A DNA stretch of 64,000 bases from Nannocystis bainbridge (GTDB lineage Bacteria > Myxococcota_A > Polyangia > Nannocystales > Nannocystaceae): assembly GCF_028368995.1 (NCBI RefSeq), contig NZ_JAQNDL010000005.1:352001-416000 (forward strand), in the 5' to 3' direction. Below, in pieces: positions 22,717 to 33,693 of this stretch (the stretch's first letter is position 1; each line of letters begins with the position of its first letter). A program made the translations under genes and the position numbers. The notes under the pieces were generated by a model. It did not search any database, was not told the DNA's origin, and saw nothing but the letters and a program-made list of their open reading frames with translations.

Positions 22717-24807
22717 TCAATTGCCGCGGGTCTGCAGCGCCTCGGCGAGGCCCGGCACGTGCTCCGCGCCGACTCTGACCTCGATGCTCGCACCATTCTT
22801 GAAATCGTCGCCGATCGGCTGATAGGAGCCGCCGAGGCAGCGGGCGAGGAACGCTTCGGTGACCGCGTTGAACGAGATCTCGTTGGCGGGCTGCTGGAAG
22901 CCATGGCCCTCGTCCGGATACAGCACGTAGGTCACCGGCAGGCCCTTGGCCTGCATCGCCGCGACGATCTGGTCCGACTCGGCCTGCTTGACCCGCGGGT
23001 CGTTCGCGCCCTGGCCGATCAGGAGCGGGCGCTCGATCTTGTCGACCCGGTGCAGCGGCGAGCGCTCGTGCAGCAGGGCGCGGCCCGCCTCCGTGCCGAA
23101 GTCGCCGACGCGGGCGGCGAAGCGCGCCGCCTTGGCCGCCCAGTACGGCGGCACGCTGCGCAGCAGCGTCTCGAGGTTCGAGGGGCCGACGACGTCGACC
23201 CCGCAGGCGAACACGTCCGGCGTGAAGGTCAGGCCGACCAGCGTCGCGTAGCCGCCGTAGCTGCTGCCCATGATCGCTACGCGCGCGGGGTCGCTGATCT
23301 TCTTCGCGTTGGCCCAGGCGACCGCGTCGAGCAGGTCGTCGTGCATCTTGCCGGCCCACTCGTGGTCGCCGGCGTTCAGGTGGCGCTTGGTGAAGCCGGC
23401 CGAGCCGCGGAAGTTGACGCTCAGCACCGCGTAGCCGCGGCTGGCGAGCCATTGATGGACCGCGTCGAAGCCCCACTCGTCGCGCGTCCACGGGCCGCCA
23501 TGGACCAGCAGGACCAGCGGGACGGGCGCGCTCGGCAGGCCGTCGCCGTCGGGGTCTGCGGCCGCCGGCAACGTGTAGAAGCTGACCAGCTCGAGGCCGT
23601 CGCGCGCGGGGATGACGACCGGGTGCATCTTGCGGAGGGTAAGCGCGGCGAGCTCGGCGTCGGCGACGAACAGCAGGTCGGCCCGGCGGGTCGTGCGGTC
23701 GTAGCGGTAGTAGCGGTTCGGGCCGGTGTCGAGGCGGTAGGCGACGATCCACTGCCGGCCGTCGAGGGTTTGGCTGGTGATCGTGAAGTCGCCGTCGCTG
23801 ACCTCGCGCAGCGCGGCGAGGTCGGCCTCGACCGCCGGGTCGAGCGCCTGCCACCGCTGGCGCATGTGCGTGAAAGTGACAGCGAGCGGGCGATGCGTCC
23901 GGGGCTCGGTGAGGACGAAGTCGACGCCGGTCTTCGCGTCCTCGGCGAGCACCTGCTGCTTGCCGGTGCGCACGTCGCGGGCGATCAGCACCTCGGTCTC
24001 GCGGTCGCGGCTGTCGAGCAGGTACAACGTCTCACCGGTCGCGTCGACCCCGATCGGGCTGGTCGTCATCCCGTCCTCGAGGCCGATCGCAAACACCCGC
24101 TGCCAGTCCTTGCCCTTCGGCGCCAGCAGCTCGCTGCTGCCGTCGGCCAGCTCGCGCATGGCGAAGCGGAGCTTGTACTGATCATCGGCGATGTAGCGGG
24201 CGATCCGCTGCTCGTTGCGGTGGACCAGGGTGCGCGCGCCGGTCCGCACGTCGACGCGGTAGAGATCGTGCCACGCCGGATCGCGGTCGTTCATGCCGAC
24301 CAGGATCTCGCGCGGCCGACGGGGGCTGACCCCGACGATCTGCGCGCTCACGCCAGGGTGAGGGCTGAGGTCCCGCGACTCGCCGGTCGCCGGGTCGACC
24401 GCGTACAGGTGCCAGTTCTCGTCGCCGACCCGGTCTTGCAGGTAGAGCACGCGCTCTCCGTCGGCGCTCCACTCGGTCTGGAAGATGCTGCGGCGGTCCT
24501 GGGTGATCGGTTTGGCCGCGTCGGGCTGGCCGGCAGGGCCGACCCAAACGTTGAGCACGCCGTCGACCGGAGCGAGGTACAGGAGGCGCGCGCCGTCGGG
24601 GCTGAGCTGAGGGGCCTCGCGGTCGGGGTTGCCGAACAGCACGCTGCGGGGGATGAGCGTCGGATCGGCCCGGCCGGACGGGGCCGCCGCCGTGGGGGCG
24701 ACCGGCGGCCCTGCTGCGGGTCCGCTCTCGGGGGAGCCGATACGCGCCGCGCAGGCGAAGGCGGTCAGGGCGAGCGAGGTGAGCAGGAGTCGGGTGCGGG
24801 CGGGCAT
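22717..24807 (-). CDS. S9 family (prolyl oligopeptidase/acylaminoacyl) peptidase, probably exported or a lipoprotein
   Basis: VHGGPW, NFRGSAG, GSSYGG nucleophile, GANDPRV, DEGHGF; N-terminal hydrophobic stretch ending TAFAC. Confidence 0.93.
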   Translation of the reverse strand: MPARTRLLLTSLALTAFACAARIGSPESGPAAGPPVAPTAAAPSGRADPTLIPRSVLFGNPDREAPQLSPDGARLLYLAPVDGVLNVWVGPAGQPDAAKPITQDRRSIFQTEWSADGERVLYLQDRVGDENWHLYAVDPATGESRDLSPHPGVSAQIVGVSPRRPREILVGMNDRDPAWHDLYRVDVRTGARTLVHRNEQRIARYIADDQYKLRFAMRELADGSSELLAPKGKDWQRVFAIGLEDGMTTSPIGVDATGETLYLLDSRDRETEVLIARDVRTGKQQVLAEDAKTGVDFVLTEPRTHRPLAVTFTHMRQRWQALDPAVEADLAALREVSDGDFTITSQTLDGRQWIVAYRLDTGPNRYYRYDRTTRRADLLFVADAELAALTLRKMHPVVIPARDGLELVSFYTLPAAADPDGDGLPSAPVPLVLLVHGGPWTRDEWGFDAVHQWLASRGYAVLSVNFRGSAGFTKRHLNAGDHEWAGKMHDDLLDAVAWANAKKISDPARVAIMGSSYGGYATLVGLTFTPDVFACGVDVVGPSNLETLLRSVPPYWAAKAARFAARVGDFGTEAGRALLHERSPLHRVDKIERPLLIGQGANDPRVKQAESDQIVAAMQAKGLPVTYVLYPDEGHGFQQPANEISFNAVTEAFLARCLGGSYQPIGDDFKNGASIEVRVGAEHVPGLAEALQTRGN

Positions 24808-25256
24808 CGGTGGAGGACCACGCCGGCGCGCCGGCGAGGTCTCCTTGGACCCGGGGCGAGCGGTGTTCGGTTTCAGGTCGGCCCAGGGCCGCGAGGCGGG
24901 GGTGGGCTCGTCGCTCGCCGCCTGTGAATCCACGAGGCGCTCTCCGGCAGGGGCTATCGACTTGCACCGGCGGGCGATTCGTGCCGGCGTACGAATGCAT
25001 CCATGTCTCTCGGATATAATGATCATAGGGGCATGTTCTCGTGAGCGCCGAGCAGCACGCCGCGATGCGCGGTTTGCGCACCCATCGCGCGCCTCGTAAT
25101 GATGTTGCCGCCGTTCGTCATGCAGACGCCTGGTCATCCGACGACGCTGAGGGGCTCAAGCCCGCAAGGTCCATGGTACAGCGGATGACGAACTTCAAGG
25201 CGGGCGAGGCGGGCGAGATCCATTCGCCGGTGCTCCCGCGCAGGCGGACGCAGGTA

Positions 25257-26450
25257 TTATCGATAAATGCTGGTCGTAGGGTTATACGCCCGCCAGTCGA
25301 ACCAATAGTCCCAAAGGACAGGCACGGCCGGCATACACACCTTCGAGCTAGCGTGCGGCCCCTCGACCGCGCAGCCGCGGAAATCCCACAGGCTCCCGCT
25401 CTCGGCGTCGCGCAGGTGCTCCACGTCAGCCGGCGCCAGCAGCAGCGCCTTGCCATCCACACGCCGATCGAACACCCGCAGCATCCGCCCGCCGCCCGAC
25501 CACAGCACGATCGGCACCTCGCCCAGCTCGTCGAGGATCACCGGCTCGCTCGCCAGCCGGCTCGCCTCGTACGCCCTCGCCTGCCCGCCGACCGCGATCC
25601 CAGCCACAAGTGCCCGCGGCGGCAGCGCCGAATCGCTGGTGTCCACCACCGTCGGCAGCTTGTCGATCCCCGGCTCCCAGTCGCGCTCGTAGCTGTCCGT
25701 ACGGCCAGGTTCTCCCAGCAGCACCTGCCCCGCCGGGAACTCCGTCGTAAACCGCGCGATCGTCAGCTCATTACTATGAACCTGATCGAGCTTCGCCCCG
25801 CGCATCGACCCGGCGATGCACTCGCCGCTGACCTGCTGCCAGAAGCTCCCCGTCTCCTCGTCGCGCATGAGGAAGTTCTGGTTGTGGATCCCCGCGAGGT
25901 GGAAAGTCAGCGTCTTGCCCTGGATTGTCCGCGCCCACACTAGACCAGTGTGGCAGAGCGTTCAATATGTCACGACGAGCGCCGTATCCCCCACGTAATC
26001 ATTCAACACATGGTGATACGCCATCACCTCGACCGGGTACCCCCGCGCCTGCTCCCCGACGCGCACTGCCATCACCATCGCATCGTCCGGCAGCCCCGAT
26101 TCGCCGGCCGCCGCGAACCTCGGCGCCGGCATCGGCGCGAACATTTTTTCAAACACGTTGATCCGCGACAGCGCCCCCGCGCCGATCGTCAGCACCAGCA
26201 TCACCACCGCCCCGGCGCGCCGCCACCAGCCGCCGGGCCACGCGCGCGCCACCGCGACGCCCGCCAACAAACCTGCCCCGAGGAGCAACCACGGCCCGAA
26301 GCGCAGCACCCACAGCGCCACTGCCAGCTCGGTCGGGCCTTGCGGGCGGAACGGGCGCATCACCCACAGCGGGGTGACGAGCGTCGCCACGGCGACGAGC
26401 AGCGCGCCGAGGCCGAGCAGGACGAACGGACGACGGGTCGAGGAGGTCAT
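25257..26450 (-). CDS. membrane-anchored DUF3179 (seleno)protein with an in-frame UGA read as Sec (VTY-U-TLC)
   Basis: ORFs 25962..26450 and 25257..25940 are in one frame, separated only by TGA at 25964-25962; this position is the first Cys of the DUF3179 VTYCxxC motif; YPVEVMAYHHVLND and MRDEETGSFWQQVSG fit the family. Confidence 0.85.
25935..25953 (-). promoter_or_regulatory. putative bacterial SECIS hairpin
   Basis: mRNA CCACACU-GGUCU-AGUGUGG; loop begins 16 nt after the UGA and resembles the fdhF SECIS loop. Confidence 0.7.
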
Positions 26451-26615
26451 GACGCCGAGGTTACACCCGCACCCTCGCCCTGTCGCCTCCTCGCTTCACC
26501 GGTCCTCGGTCAGGTATCGGTCCCACAGCTCGCCCAGGGTCGGGCACTCTCTTCGGGCTCTGGAGGGTGCGGCTGCCTTCTTCGTGGGTTGCGGTCTCCT
26601 TTCCCATGCCAGCCG

Positions 26616-27263
26616 CTACGGAGGCGGCGGGCGAATGGGGGAGCTTTCGTCGAGGACGAGGGCGCGCGAGAATGCGTAACCGACGACGCTCCAGCCCCAC
26701 ACGCTGCTGTAGAAGAAGCCGACGCCAGCCGCGAGGAGGCCAAGCGGCGTGAGTGCCATGGCGGCGCCGGCGATGGCCCAGGCGCGAAGGTATGAGGAGC
26801 CGCCGTCCAGCGCTCGCCGCAACGCCTTATCCGGTCGGTACAAATAGGAGAGATCGTTGAATGCTGCGTTGTAGGTCATCCCGCCGGGCAGCGCATAGAT
26901 CGCGATCAGGAAGCATGCGAGCGCGAGCGGGCCTGTCACCCAGATCAGGGCCGAGTACGCATGGCAGTGAAGGACCGCGGTCGCGCCCGCGAGGAGGATG
27001 GCGGGCGTGAGATAGACGGTGATCGCCGCGAAGGCGCGGAGCCCTCGGCGCAAGGTGTGACCCCAGGGCGCGAAGCCGCGGAAGTACGGCGGTTCGTCGT
27101 GATATACCCGGTAGACGACATCCAGACGGTGACCGAGATTGAGAATCCAGCCCAGCAGGGGGAGTAGAAGCAACGTACCCCCCAGCAGCACGTCACGCCG
27201 CCCCTCGGGGGTGCTGATGGGGAAAGCGAAGCACTCGCGGAGACTCGGGGCGGGGCGGCGCAT
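26616..27263 (-). CDS. DUF4013-like membrane protein
   Basis: CFAFP...LLGGTLLLLPLLGWILNLGH...; several TM helices; locally lower GC. Confidence 0.65.
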   Translation of the reverse strand: MRRPAPSLRECFAFPISTPEGRRDVLLGGTLLLLPLLGWILNLGHRLDVVYRVYHDEPPYFRGFAPWGHTLRRGLRAFAAITVYLTPAILLAGATAVLHCHAYSALIWVTGPLALACFLIAIYALPGGMTYNAAFNDLSYLYRPDKALRRALDGGSSYLRAWAIAGAAMALTPLGLLAAGVGFFYSSVWGWSVVGYAFSRALVLDESSPIRPPPP

Positions 27264-27274
27264 GCGAAGGACCT

Positions 27275-27409
27275 TCAGACCTTCCGCCTGGTGGGCGCGG
27301 CGAGGCCGACGATGCCCAACGCTTGGAGTGCATCGCCCCGTCCAACCACCGCGTACAGGGCGATGAAGCCGACGAGGACGCAGCCGATCCAGGTGACGGG
27401 CAGCGGCAT
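27275..27409 (-). CDS. possible 44-aa hydrophobic peptide or gene remnant
   Basis: MPLPVTWIGCVLVGFIALYAVVGRGDALQALGIVGLAAPTRRKV, co-oriented between neighbouring genes. Confidence 0.25.
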   Translation of the reverse strand: MPLPVTWIGCVLVGFIALYAVVGRGDALQALGIVGLAAPTRRKV

Positions 27410-27582
27410 CCTGGGCAGGGGACCACGGCTCGACCTGCGGAGCAAGTGCCGCCGTCGACCGCGCTCCCGGCCGCTACGAGGCCCGTTGCTCACCGCCAGC
27501 GGCCGCGCGTGCTCCTCGTCCGCAGGCAGATTCCCCGACCCGCGCCGCCATCTCGCAGCCTCGCCCTGTCGCCTCCCTCGCT

Positions 27583-28167
27583 TCACCGCTTGCGATCCGG
27601 CGCCAGCGGGTCCTCCCCCCATTCGGGCTCGAACTGCCCGCCGAGCCCGTCCACCAGCCGATTGTAATAGTTGAAAAGCGCCGTGATCTGCACGATTTGG
27701 TGGATCGCCACGTCGTCGAACCCGTGCTCCCGCAGCCCCGCGATCTGCCGCTCACCGATCGCCTTGCTGTCCCGCGTCAACGCCACTGCCACGTCGATCA
27801 TCGCCCGGTCGGCCGGCGACAGCGCGGCGTGGTCCGGGTCGCGCTCGAGCGCGTCGGCGATCGCGTGGACATCTGGTTGTGCCTCGACCTCGGCCCGGAG
27901 GTCGTCGCTGTGCGCGCGCGTTCAATACACGCACTTGTTGGTGCGGGACACCGCGACCGCGATCATCTCGCGCTGGGCCCGTGACAGCGGCCCGGGGCCG
28001 AACATCAGTTCGCGGTACAGGTCGAGCGACGCCTGCAGGACGCGCGGCTGCACGCTCTGGATCCGCAGCACGTGGAAGATCTTGCCGGCGCGCGCCAGCG
28101 CGGCGCGGTAGATCCGCGCCAGGAGGCCGTCTGCGTGGTCGGGGTCGACGATACGGATCCATGCCAT
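27583..28167 (-). CDS. AhpD/carboxymuconolactone-decarboxylase-like peroxidase-related selenoprotein (CxxU)
   Basis: LSRAQREMIAVAVSRTNKCVY-TGA-TRAH continues in frame into 27583..27801 (LREHGFDD...FNYYNRLVDGLG); family motif is NxCxYCxxxH. Confidence 0.88.
27885..27904 (-). promoter_or_regulatory. putative bacterial SECIS hairpin
   Basis: mRNA CGACCUC-CGGGCC-GAGGUCG starting 18 nt after the UGA. Confidence 0.55.
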
Positions 28168-28271
28168 GCCGGCACTGTACCGCGAACGCCGCCCTGCCGG
28201 ACAGGTGCACGCCCTCTCGGCCCCTCGCTATCCTCTGCCCTCGCGCCGGCCAACCGGGCTATCCTCCGCCG

Positions 28272-29117
28272 GTGCGCCTCGCCTGGGCGACCGACATCCA
28301 CCTCGATTTCCTCGACGACGAGCAGGTGCGGCGGTTCGCCGCCGAGCTCGCCGCGCCGCGGGCCGACGCGCTCGTGCTGAGCGGCGACCTCTCGCACGCC
28401 GAGACCCTCGAGCACCACCTGCGCCTGCTCGCGCAGGGCGTGCCCGGGCCGATCTACTTCGTCCTCGGCAACCACGACTACTACGGCAGCTCCGTCGCCG
28501 CCGTGCGGACCGCCGTGCTCGACCTCGGGGCACGCCGACCGCGGCTCTCCTGGCTGCCGGCCGCTGGCGTCGTGCGCCTGACCGATCGCACGGGTCTGAT
28601 CGGCTGCGACGGCTGGGCCGACGCGCGGATCGGCAACCCCGCGACCACGCCCGTCGTGCTCAACGATTTCTTCCACATCGAGGAGCTGGCCGACACCCTC
28701 GATCCGGCCGCGCGCGCCGACCCGCGGCAGTTCTTCCGCGGCAGCGACCGCGGCCGCTTGCACGCCGAGCTGCGGGCCCGCGGCGACGCCGAGGCCGCCA
28801 CCTTGCGCCCGCTCCTGCGCGACGCCCTGCACGAGTTCGAGGCCGTCGTCGTCGTCACCCACGTGCCCCCGTTCGCCGAGGCGTGCTGGCACGACGGCCG
28901 CCACTCCGACGGCGACTGGCAGCCCTACTTCACCTGCGCCGCCGTCGGCGACGTCCTGCGCGACGCCGCCGCGGCCTGGCCTGGCCGCCAGATCACCGTC
29001 CTGTGCGGCCACACCCACGGCGCCGGCGAGGCGCGGATCCTCGCTAACCTCAGCGTGCTCACCGGCGCGGCCGAGTACCGCCGCCCGGCCCTCCAGCGCG
29101 TGATCGACGTCGCCTGA
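28272..29117 (+). CDS. calcineurin-like metallophosphoesterase
   Basis: TDIH, SGDLS, LGNHD, THVPP, CGHTH motifs. Confidence 0.92.
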   Translation: MRLAWATDIHLDFLDDEQVRRFAAELAAPRADALVLSGDLSHAETLEHHLRLLAQGVPGPIYFVLGNHDYYGSSVAAVRTAVLDLGARRPRLSWLPAAGVVRLTDRTGLIGCDGWADARIGNPATTPVVLNDFFHIEELADTLDPAARADPRQFFRGSDRGRLHAELRARGDAEAATLRPLLRDALHEFEAVVVVTHVPPFAEACWHDGRHSDGDWQPYFTCAAVGDVLRDAAAAWPGRQITVLCGHTHGAGEARILANLSVLTGAAEYRRPALQRVIDVA

Positions 29118-29120
29118 TGC

Positions 29121-29291
29121 GACATGTCCCTCGGGACATGTCCACGCTCACCGATCCTGCCGCCGTGCTGCGGCGATAGACATGTCCTTCGAGACATGTC
29201 CGAGATCACCGCTCGATCTCCCCGCCTCAGCGGCTTACTCGAAGCCTCTACATGTCCTTCGGGCCATCGACATGCCCCTCAGGACATGTCC
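29121..29291. repeat. cluster of 14-bp palindromic units between convergent genes
   Basis: GACATGTCCCTCGGGACATGTCC (29121-29143), TGTCCTTCGAGACATGTCC (29183-29201), TGTCCTTCGGGCCA (29253), TGCCCCTCAGGACATGTCC (29273-29291). Confidence 0.85.
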
Positions 29292-29295
29292 CGGG

Positions 29296-30342
<1,047 letters not shown>

Positions 30343-30630
30343 AGATCTCCGGGCCGCTCGTGGCCTCCAGCCCGCAGCGCGGCTTCGATCGGGGCGCGAG
30401 CGCCCCCGTCTCGGTCCCGGGGAATCGTCGTTTCTCGCTCCCCGTCACGCCCGGGCCACGCGCGTGCGCGCGCACGATGCACTCATGCCATTGGCCGCGA
30501 ATCTTGAGACTAGCGGCAATGTCTACACATTGGCCCGAGACGCCGCGAGCGACAGCGAGTTCGCCTGCTTGTTCGTCGACGTCGCGGGCGACGGATCGGT
30601 CGATCCGTCGCCCGCGAGCTCGCCCGCCGC

Positions 30631-31674
30631 TCAGGGGTGACCGAGGTCGGCGTAGGCGTTCCGCGACACCCGCATGTAGTTGGTCGGCGAGTGGTCGCCC
30701 CACGAGAACGTCATCGGCGGCGACATCGACAGGTACAGCGCGTCCTTGGCACAGGCCAGCGCCCCGATCACGTTCGCCGTCAGCCGCGCCCGCAGCTCGC
30801 GGTCGAGCCGCATCTCGTCGACCCATACGCCGTCGCGGCTCGTCGACACCAGCTGGCGACCGAAGTGCATGTAGCGCCCGACCGAGCGCGGCGGCATCTT
30901 CGTGACGTAATCGTTCTCGTACATGAAGCGATACGTCTTGTCGCCGAACTGTTTTTCGAGGGTCCTGGCGAGCGTCGGGTCGGCGAACATCGCCGGGCCG
31001 TAGGCGTACAGCCCGCGCACCAGCTTGCGCATGGGCGCGAACTTCGGGTCGATATAGATACCGGCCGTCGCCATACCGGCGAGCGAGCCGCCCGTGCTGT
31101 GCCCGGTGATGTAGAGCGCCTCGAGCGTCGGCTTCTTCTTGCCGATCTGCTCGACCTCGCTCTCGGGCCGCTTCCCCGGCTTCTTCGGGGACAGCTCGAC
31201 CAGCCGCTTGCCGAGCGGCTTGCCCGTGTACAACGCTGCCAGGAATTCGCGCAGGGTCGGCCACAGGGCCATGCCGCTGCGATAGAGCCCGCCGTGCGCC
31301 GAACCGACCGACGGGAACGGCACCATCGTGCCCCGCGGATCGGTGAGCCAGCGGATGATGTCGTCCTGCTCCACGCCGCGGAGCGTCAGGATCCCGAGCT
31401 TCTTGTCGGCGCTCTGGAACAGGTAGGCCGCCGCGTCGACGAGCACCGCGTCGTTGCGCACGCGGACGCCGACGACCTCGCCGTCGAGGCCCAGCTGACA
31501 CAGCCGGTCGGTGTACGTCGTCAGGCCGCCGTACGACCAGGCCGACGCGATCGACAGCACCTCCACGACGCCGTGGTCGTATTGACCCTCGTCGACGCCG
31601 TCGATCAGATGTTCCGCCAGATCGCCCTTCTTCTTGGTCCCCGGGCACTTCGTGAATGCATGTTCGAGCCGCAT
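30631..31674 (-). CDS. class 3 lipase-like alpha/beta hydrolase
   Basis: AHGG, LYITGHSTGG (GxSxG), YAYGPA, ENDYVTKMP, DHSPTNY; GGAGG RBS. Confidence 0.8.
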   Translation of the reverse strand: MRLEHAFTKCPGTKKKGDLAEHLIDGVDEGQYDHGVVEVLSIASAWSYGGLTTYTDRLCQLGLDGEVVGVRVRNDAVLVDAAAYLFQSADKKLGILTLRGVEQDDIIRWLTDPRGTMVPFPSVGSAHGGLYRSGMALWPTLREFLAALYTGKPLGKRLVELSPKKPGKRPESEVEQIGKKKPTLEALYITGHSTGGSLAGMATAGIYIDPKFAPMRKLVRGLYAYGPAMFADPTLARTLEKQFGDKTYRFMYENDYVTKMPPRSVGRYMHFGRQLVSTSRDGVWVDEMRLDRELRARLTANVIGALACAKDALYLSMSPPMTFSWGDHSPTNYMRVSRNAYADLGHP

Positions 31675-31939
31675 GTCTCGCCTCCGATCCGGGTATTGGG
31701 CTCCGGACTCGACCGAGGTTCATGGATCGACCGGATCGCGGTGCAACGATAAAAAGCGCGTCATGTCGGCCGCGCCGCCCGCGGTTCACATTCGAGCCAG
31801 GCGTCGCTCGCAATGGCCGTATCGGGCCGAGATTCGCTATGGGCCGCGCGCGAGCGCCCGGGTCACGCGACCGCCTGCGCGGCGGCCGGGACGGCGACCT
31901 CGATCGCGCACGCGGGGCGAGTCAGGCGCCTATGTCGAA

Positions 31940-31953
31940 TGTCCCTTGGGACA
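31940..31953. repeat. TGTCC-N4-GGACA palindrome copy
   Basis: TGTCCCTTGGGACA just downstream of the hlyD-like stop codon. Confidence 0.65.
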
Positions 31954-31974
31954 GCTATGAACATGCGCTTTCGG

Positions 31975-33279
31975 TCAGCCAGCGCTCGCCGCGTCGACCA
32001 CGGGCGGGAAGCCGTTGATCTGGCGCCACACCTCGAAGCCGAGGCGGACCCGCTCGAGCAGCACCCAGCCGTTCGCGCGCACGCCCTGGCGCAGCCACCG
32101 GTGGTCGGGCCACGGCAGGTCGTCGGGATCGGGCAGCACCACCACGCGATAGCGACCGCTCTCGTCGGCCAGCGCGTCGACGAACTCGACGACGCCGCCG
32201 AACGTGCCGATCGCCACCGACGGCCAGCCGATGAACTGCACCGCCGGCCAGCCCTCGAACTGCAGGCGGACGTGCCGACCCGCGGAGATGAGCGGGCCGT
32301 CGCTGCCCTCCATCCACAGCTCGACCGCGCTCGTGTCCATGTCGGGCACGAAGGACGCGATCACGTCGCCGGCCGCGACCATGTCGGTCCCGTGGCGGCC
32401 GATGAGCTTCAGGATCGTCCCGTCGCGCGGCGCCACGATCTTCATCCGCTGCTGCCGCGCCATCCGGACCTCGAGCTGGATCAGGTCGGCCTCGGCCGTG
32501 GCGAGCGTGCTCTCGGCCGACGCCACCGAGCTGCGCGCCTCCTCGATGATCGCCCGCGCGCTGGTGTCGACCGCGTCGGCGGTGGCGTCGAGCGCCCCGA
32601 TCTCCCGCAGCGACGCCCGCAGCGAGGCCCGCGACGAGTCGAGGTTGGCCTTGCGCGTGGCCGCGTCGAGCCGCGCCAGCTCGAGCTCGCGGGTCGACGC
32701 CAGCCCCTCGTCGAACATCGCCTGCGTGCGCGCGAGGTTGAGGCGGGCCGTCTCGGAGGCCGACACCGCGGCATCGACCGCTCGCTGGGCCGCTTCCTGG
32801 CGGTCGCGACCGATGCGCGCGCGCAGCCCCGCCGACGACGACTGCGCCGTGCGGCTCAGCTCGAGCGTCGTGATCTTGGCCCGGTTGATGTCGACCGAGC
32901 TCTGGGCCGCCATCCGGCGCGCCTCGATCGCCATCCGCTCGCGCTCCAGCCGCGCCAGGATCTCCGGGTCGTTGTCGCTGATGTCGGCGATCGGCTCGCC
33001 AGCCAGCACGTGGGTGCCCTCCTCGACGTGCCAGGTCTGCAGGCGCCCGTCGATCGGCGCCTCGATCGCGGTCTGGCGGTCGAGCGGCGCGTAGGCGATC
33101 ACGCGCCCGTCGCCGGGCACGCTCTGCTGCCACGGCACCAGCGCCAGCGCGGACCCGAGCATCAGCAGCGCCAGCATCATCAGCCGGACCGCCAGGTCGG
33201 TGCCTCGCGGCTGCCGCACCGACAGCAGGCTGGGCCGCGACACGTCGTACGCCGGGACGATGTGCATGGGTAATTCCAT
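31975..33279 (-). CDS. HlyD-family membrane fusion protein
   Basis: VPWQQSVPGDGRV, IEAPIDGRL, long coiled coil, IVAPRDG, VRLQFEGWPAVQF, WRQINGFPP. Confidence 0.9.
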   Translation of the reverse strand: MELPMHIVPAYDVSRPSLLSVRQPRGTDLAVRLMMLALLMLGSALALVPWQQSVPGDGRVIAYAPLDRQTAIEAPIDGRLQTWHVEEGTHVLAGEPIADISDNDPEILARLERERMAIEARRMAAQSSVDINRAKITTLELSRTAQSSSAGLRARIGRDRQEAAQRAVDAAVSASETARLNLARTQAMFDEGLASTRELELARLDAATRKANLDSSRASLRASLREIGALDATADAVDTSARAIIEEARSSVASAESTLATAEADLIQLEVRMARQQRMKIVAPRDGTILKLIGRHGTDMVAAGDVIASFVPDMDTSAVELWMEGSDGPLISAGRHVRLQFEGWPAVQFIGWPSVAIGTFGGVVEFVDALADESGRYRVVVLPDPDDLPWPDHRWLRQGVRANGWVLLERVRLGFEVWRQINGFPPVVDAASAG

Positions 33280-33693
33280 GGGAGCCTCGTTCAGCGGTCC
33301 GCCGTCTCGCGCAGCGTCGTCAGCCCGGCGCTCGCGGCGCGCAGCAGAGGCGCGCGACCCGAACGCGAGGGCATGGGCGCGGAGATGGGAGACAGGTCGG
33401 AGTTCGTGGACATGGGCAGAGGGCTTCGCGGGTCGCTGCCTCGAATCGAGGCCGTGCGAAGCCAGGCCACGGGCCGCGGCGGCTCGGGCAGACAGAGACT
33501 TGGTGCTTCCGCGCGACTTCGGCGTTACTGCCGCTTCGATCCTGCGAGGACCCAAGGCGCGGCCTGACAGCGCATCGACCAGACGGTCCGACACGTGCCG
33601 ACGAATCATGAGTGAGGTGCGCGATTCACATGCTGCGGCGAACCAGCGACGAATCGTCGTTGGACGCGGCAGATCGGCTGCGCAGAGCGCAGC

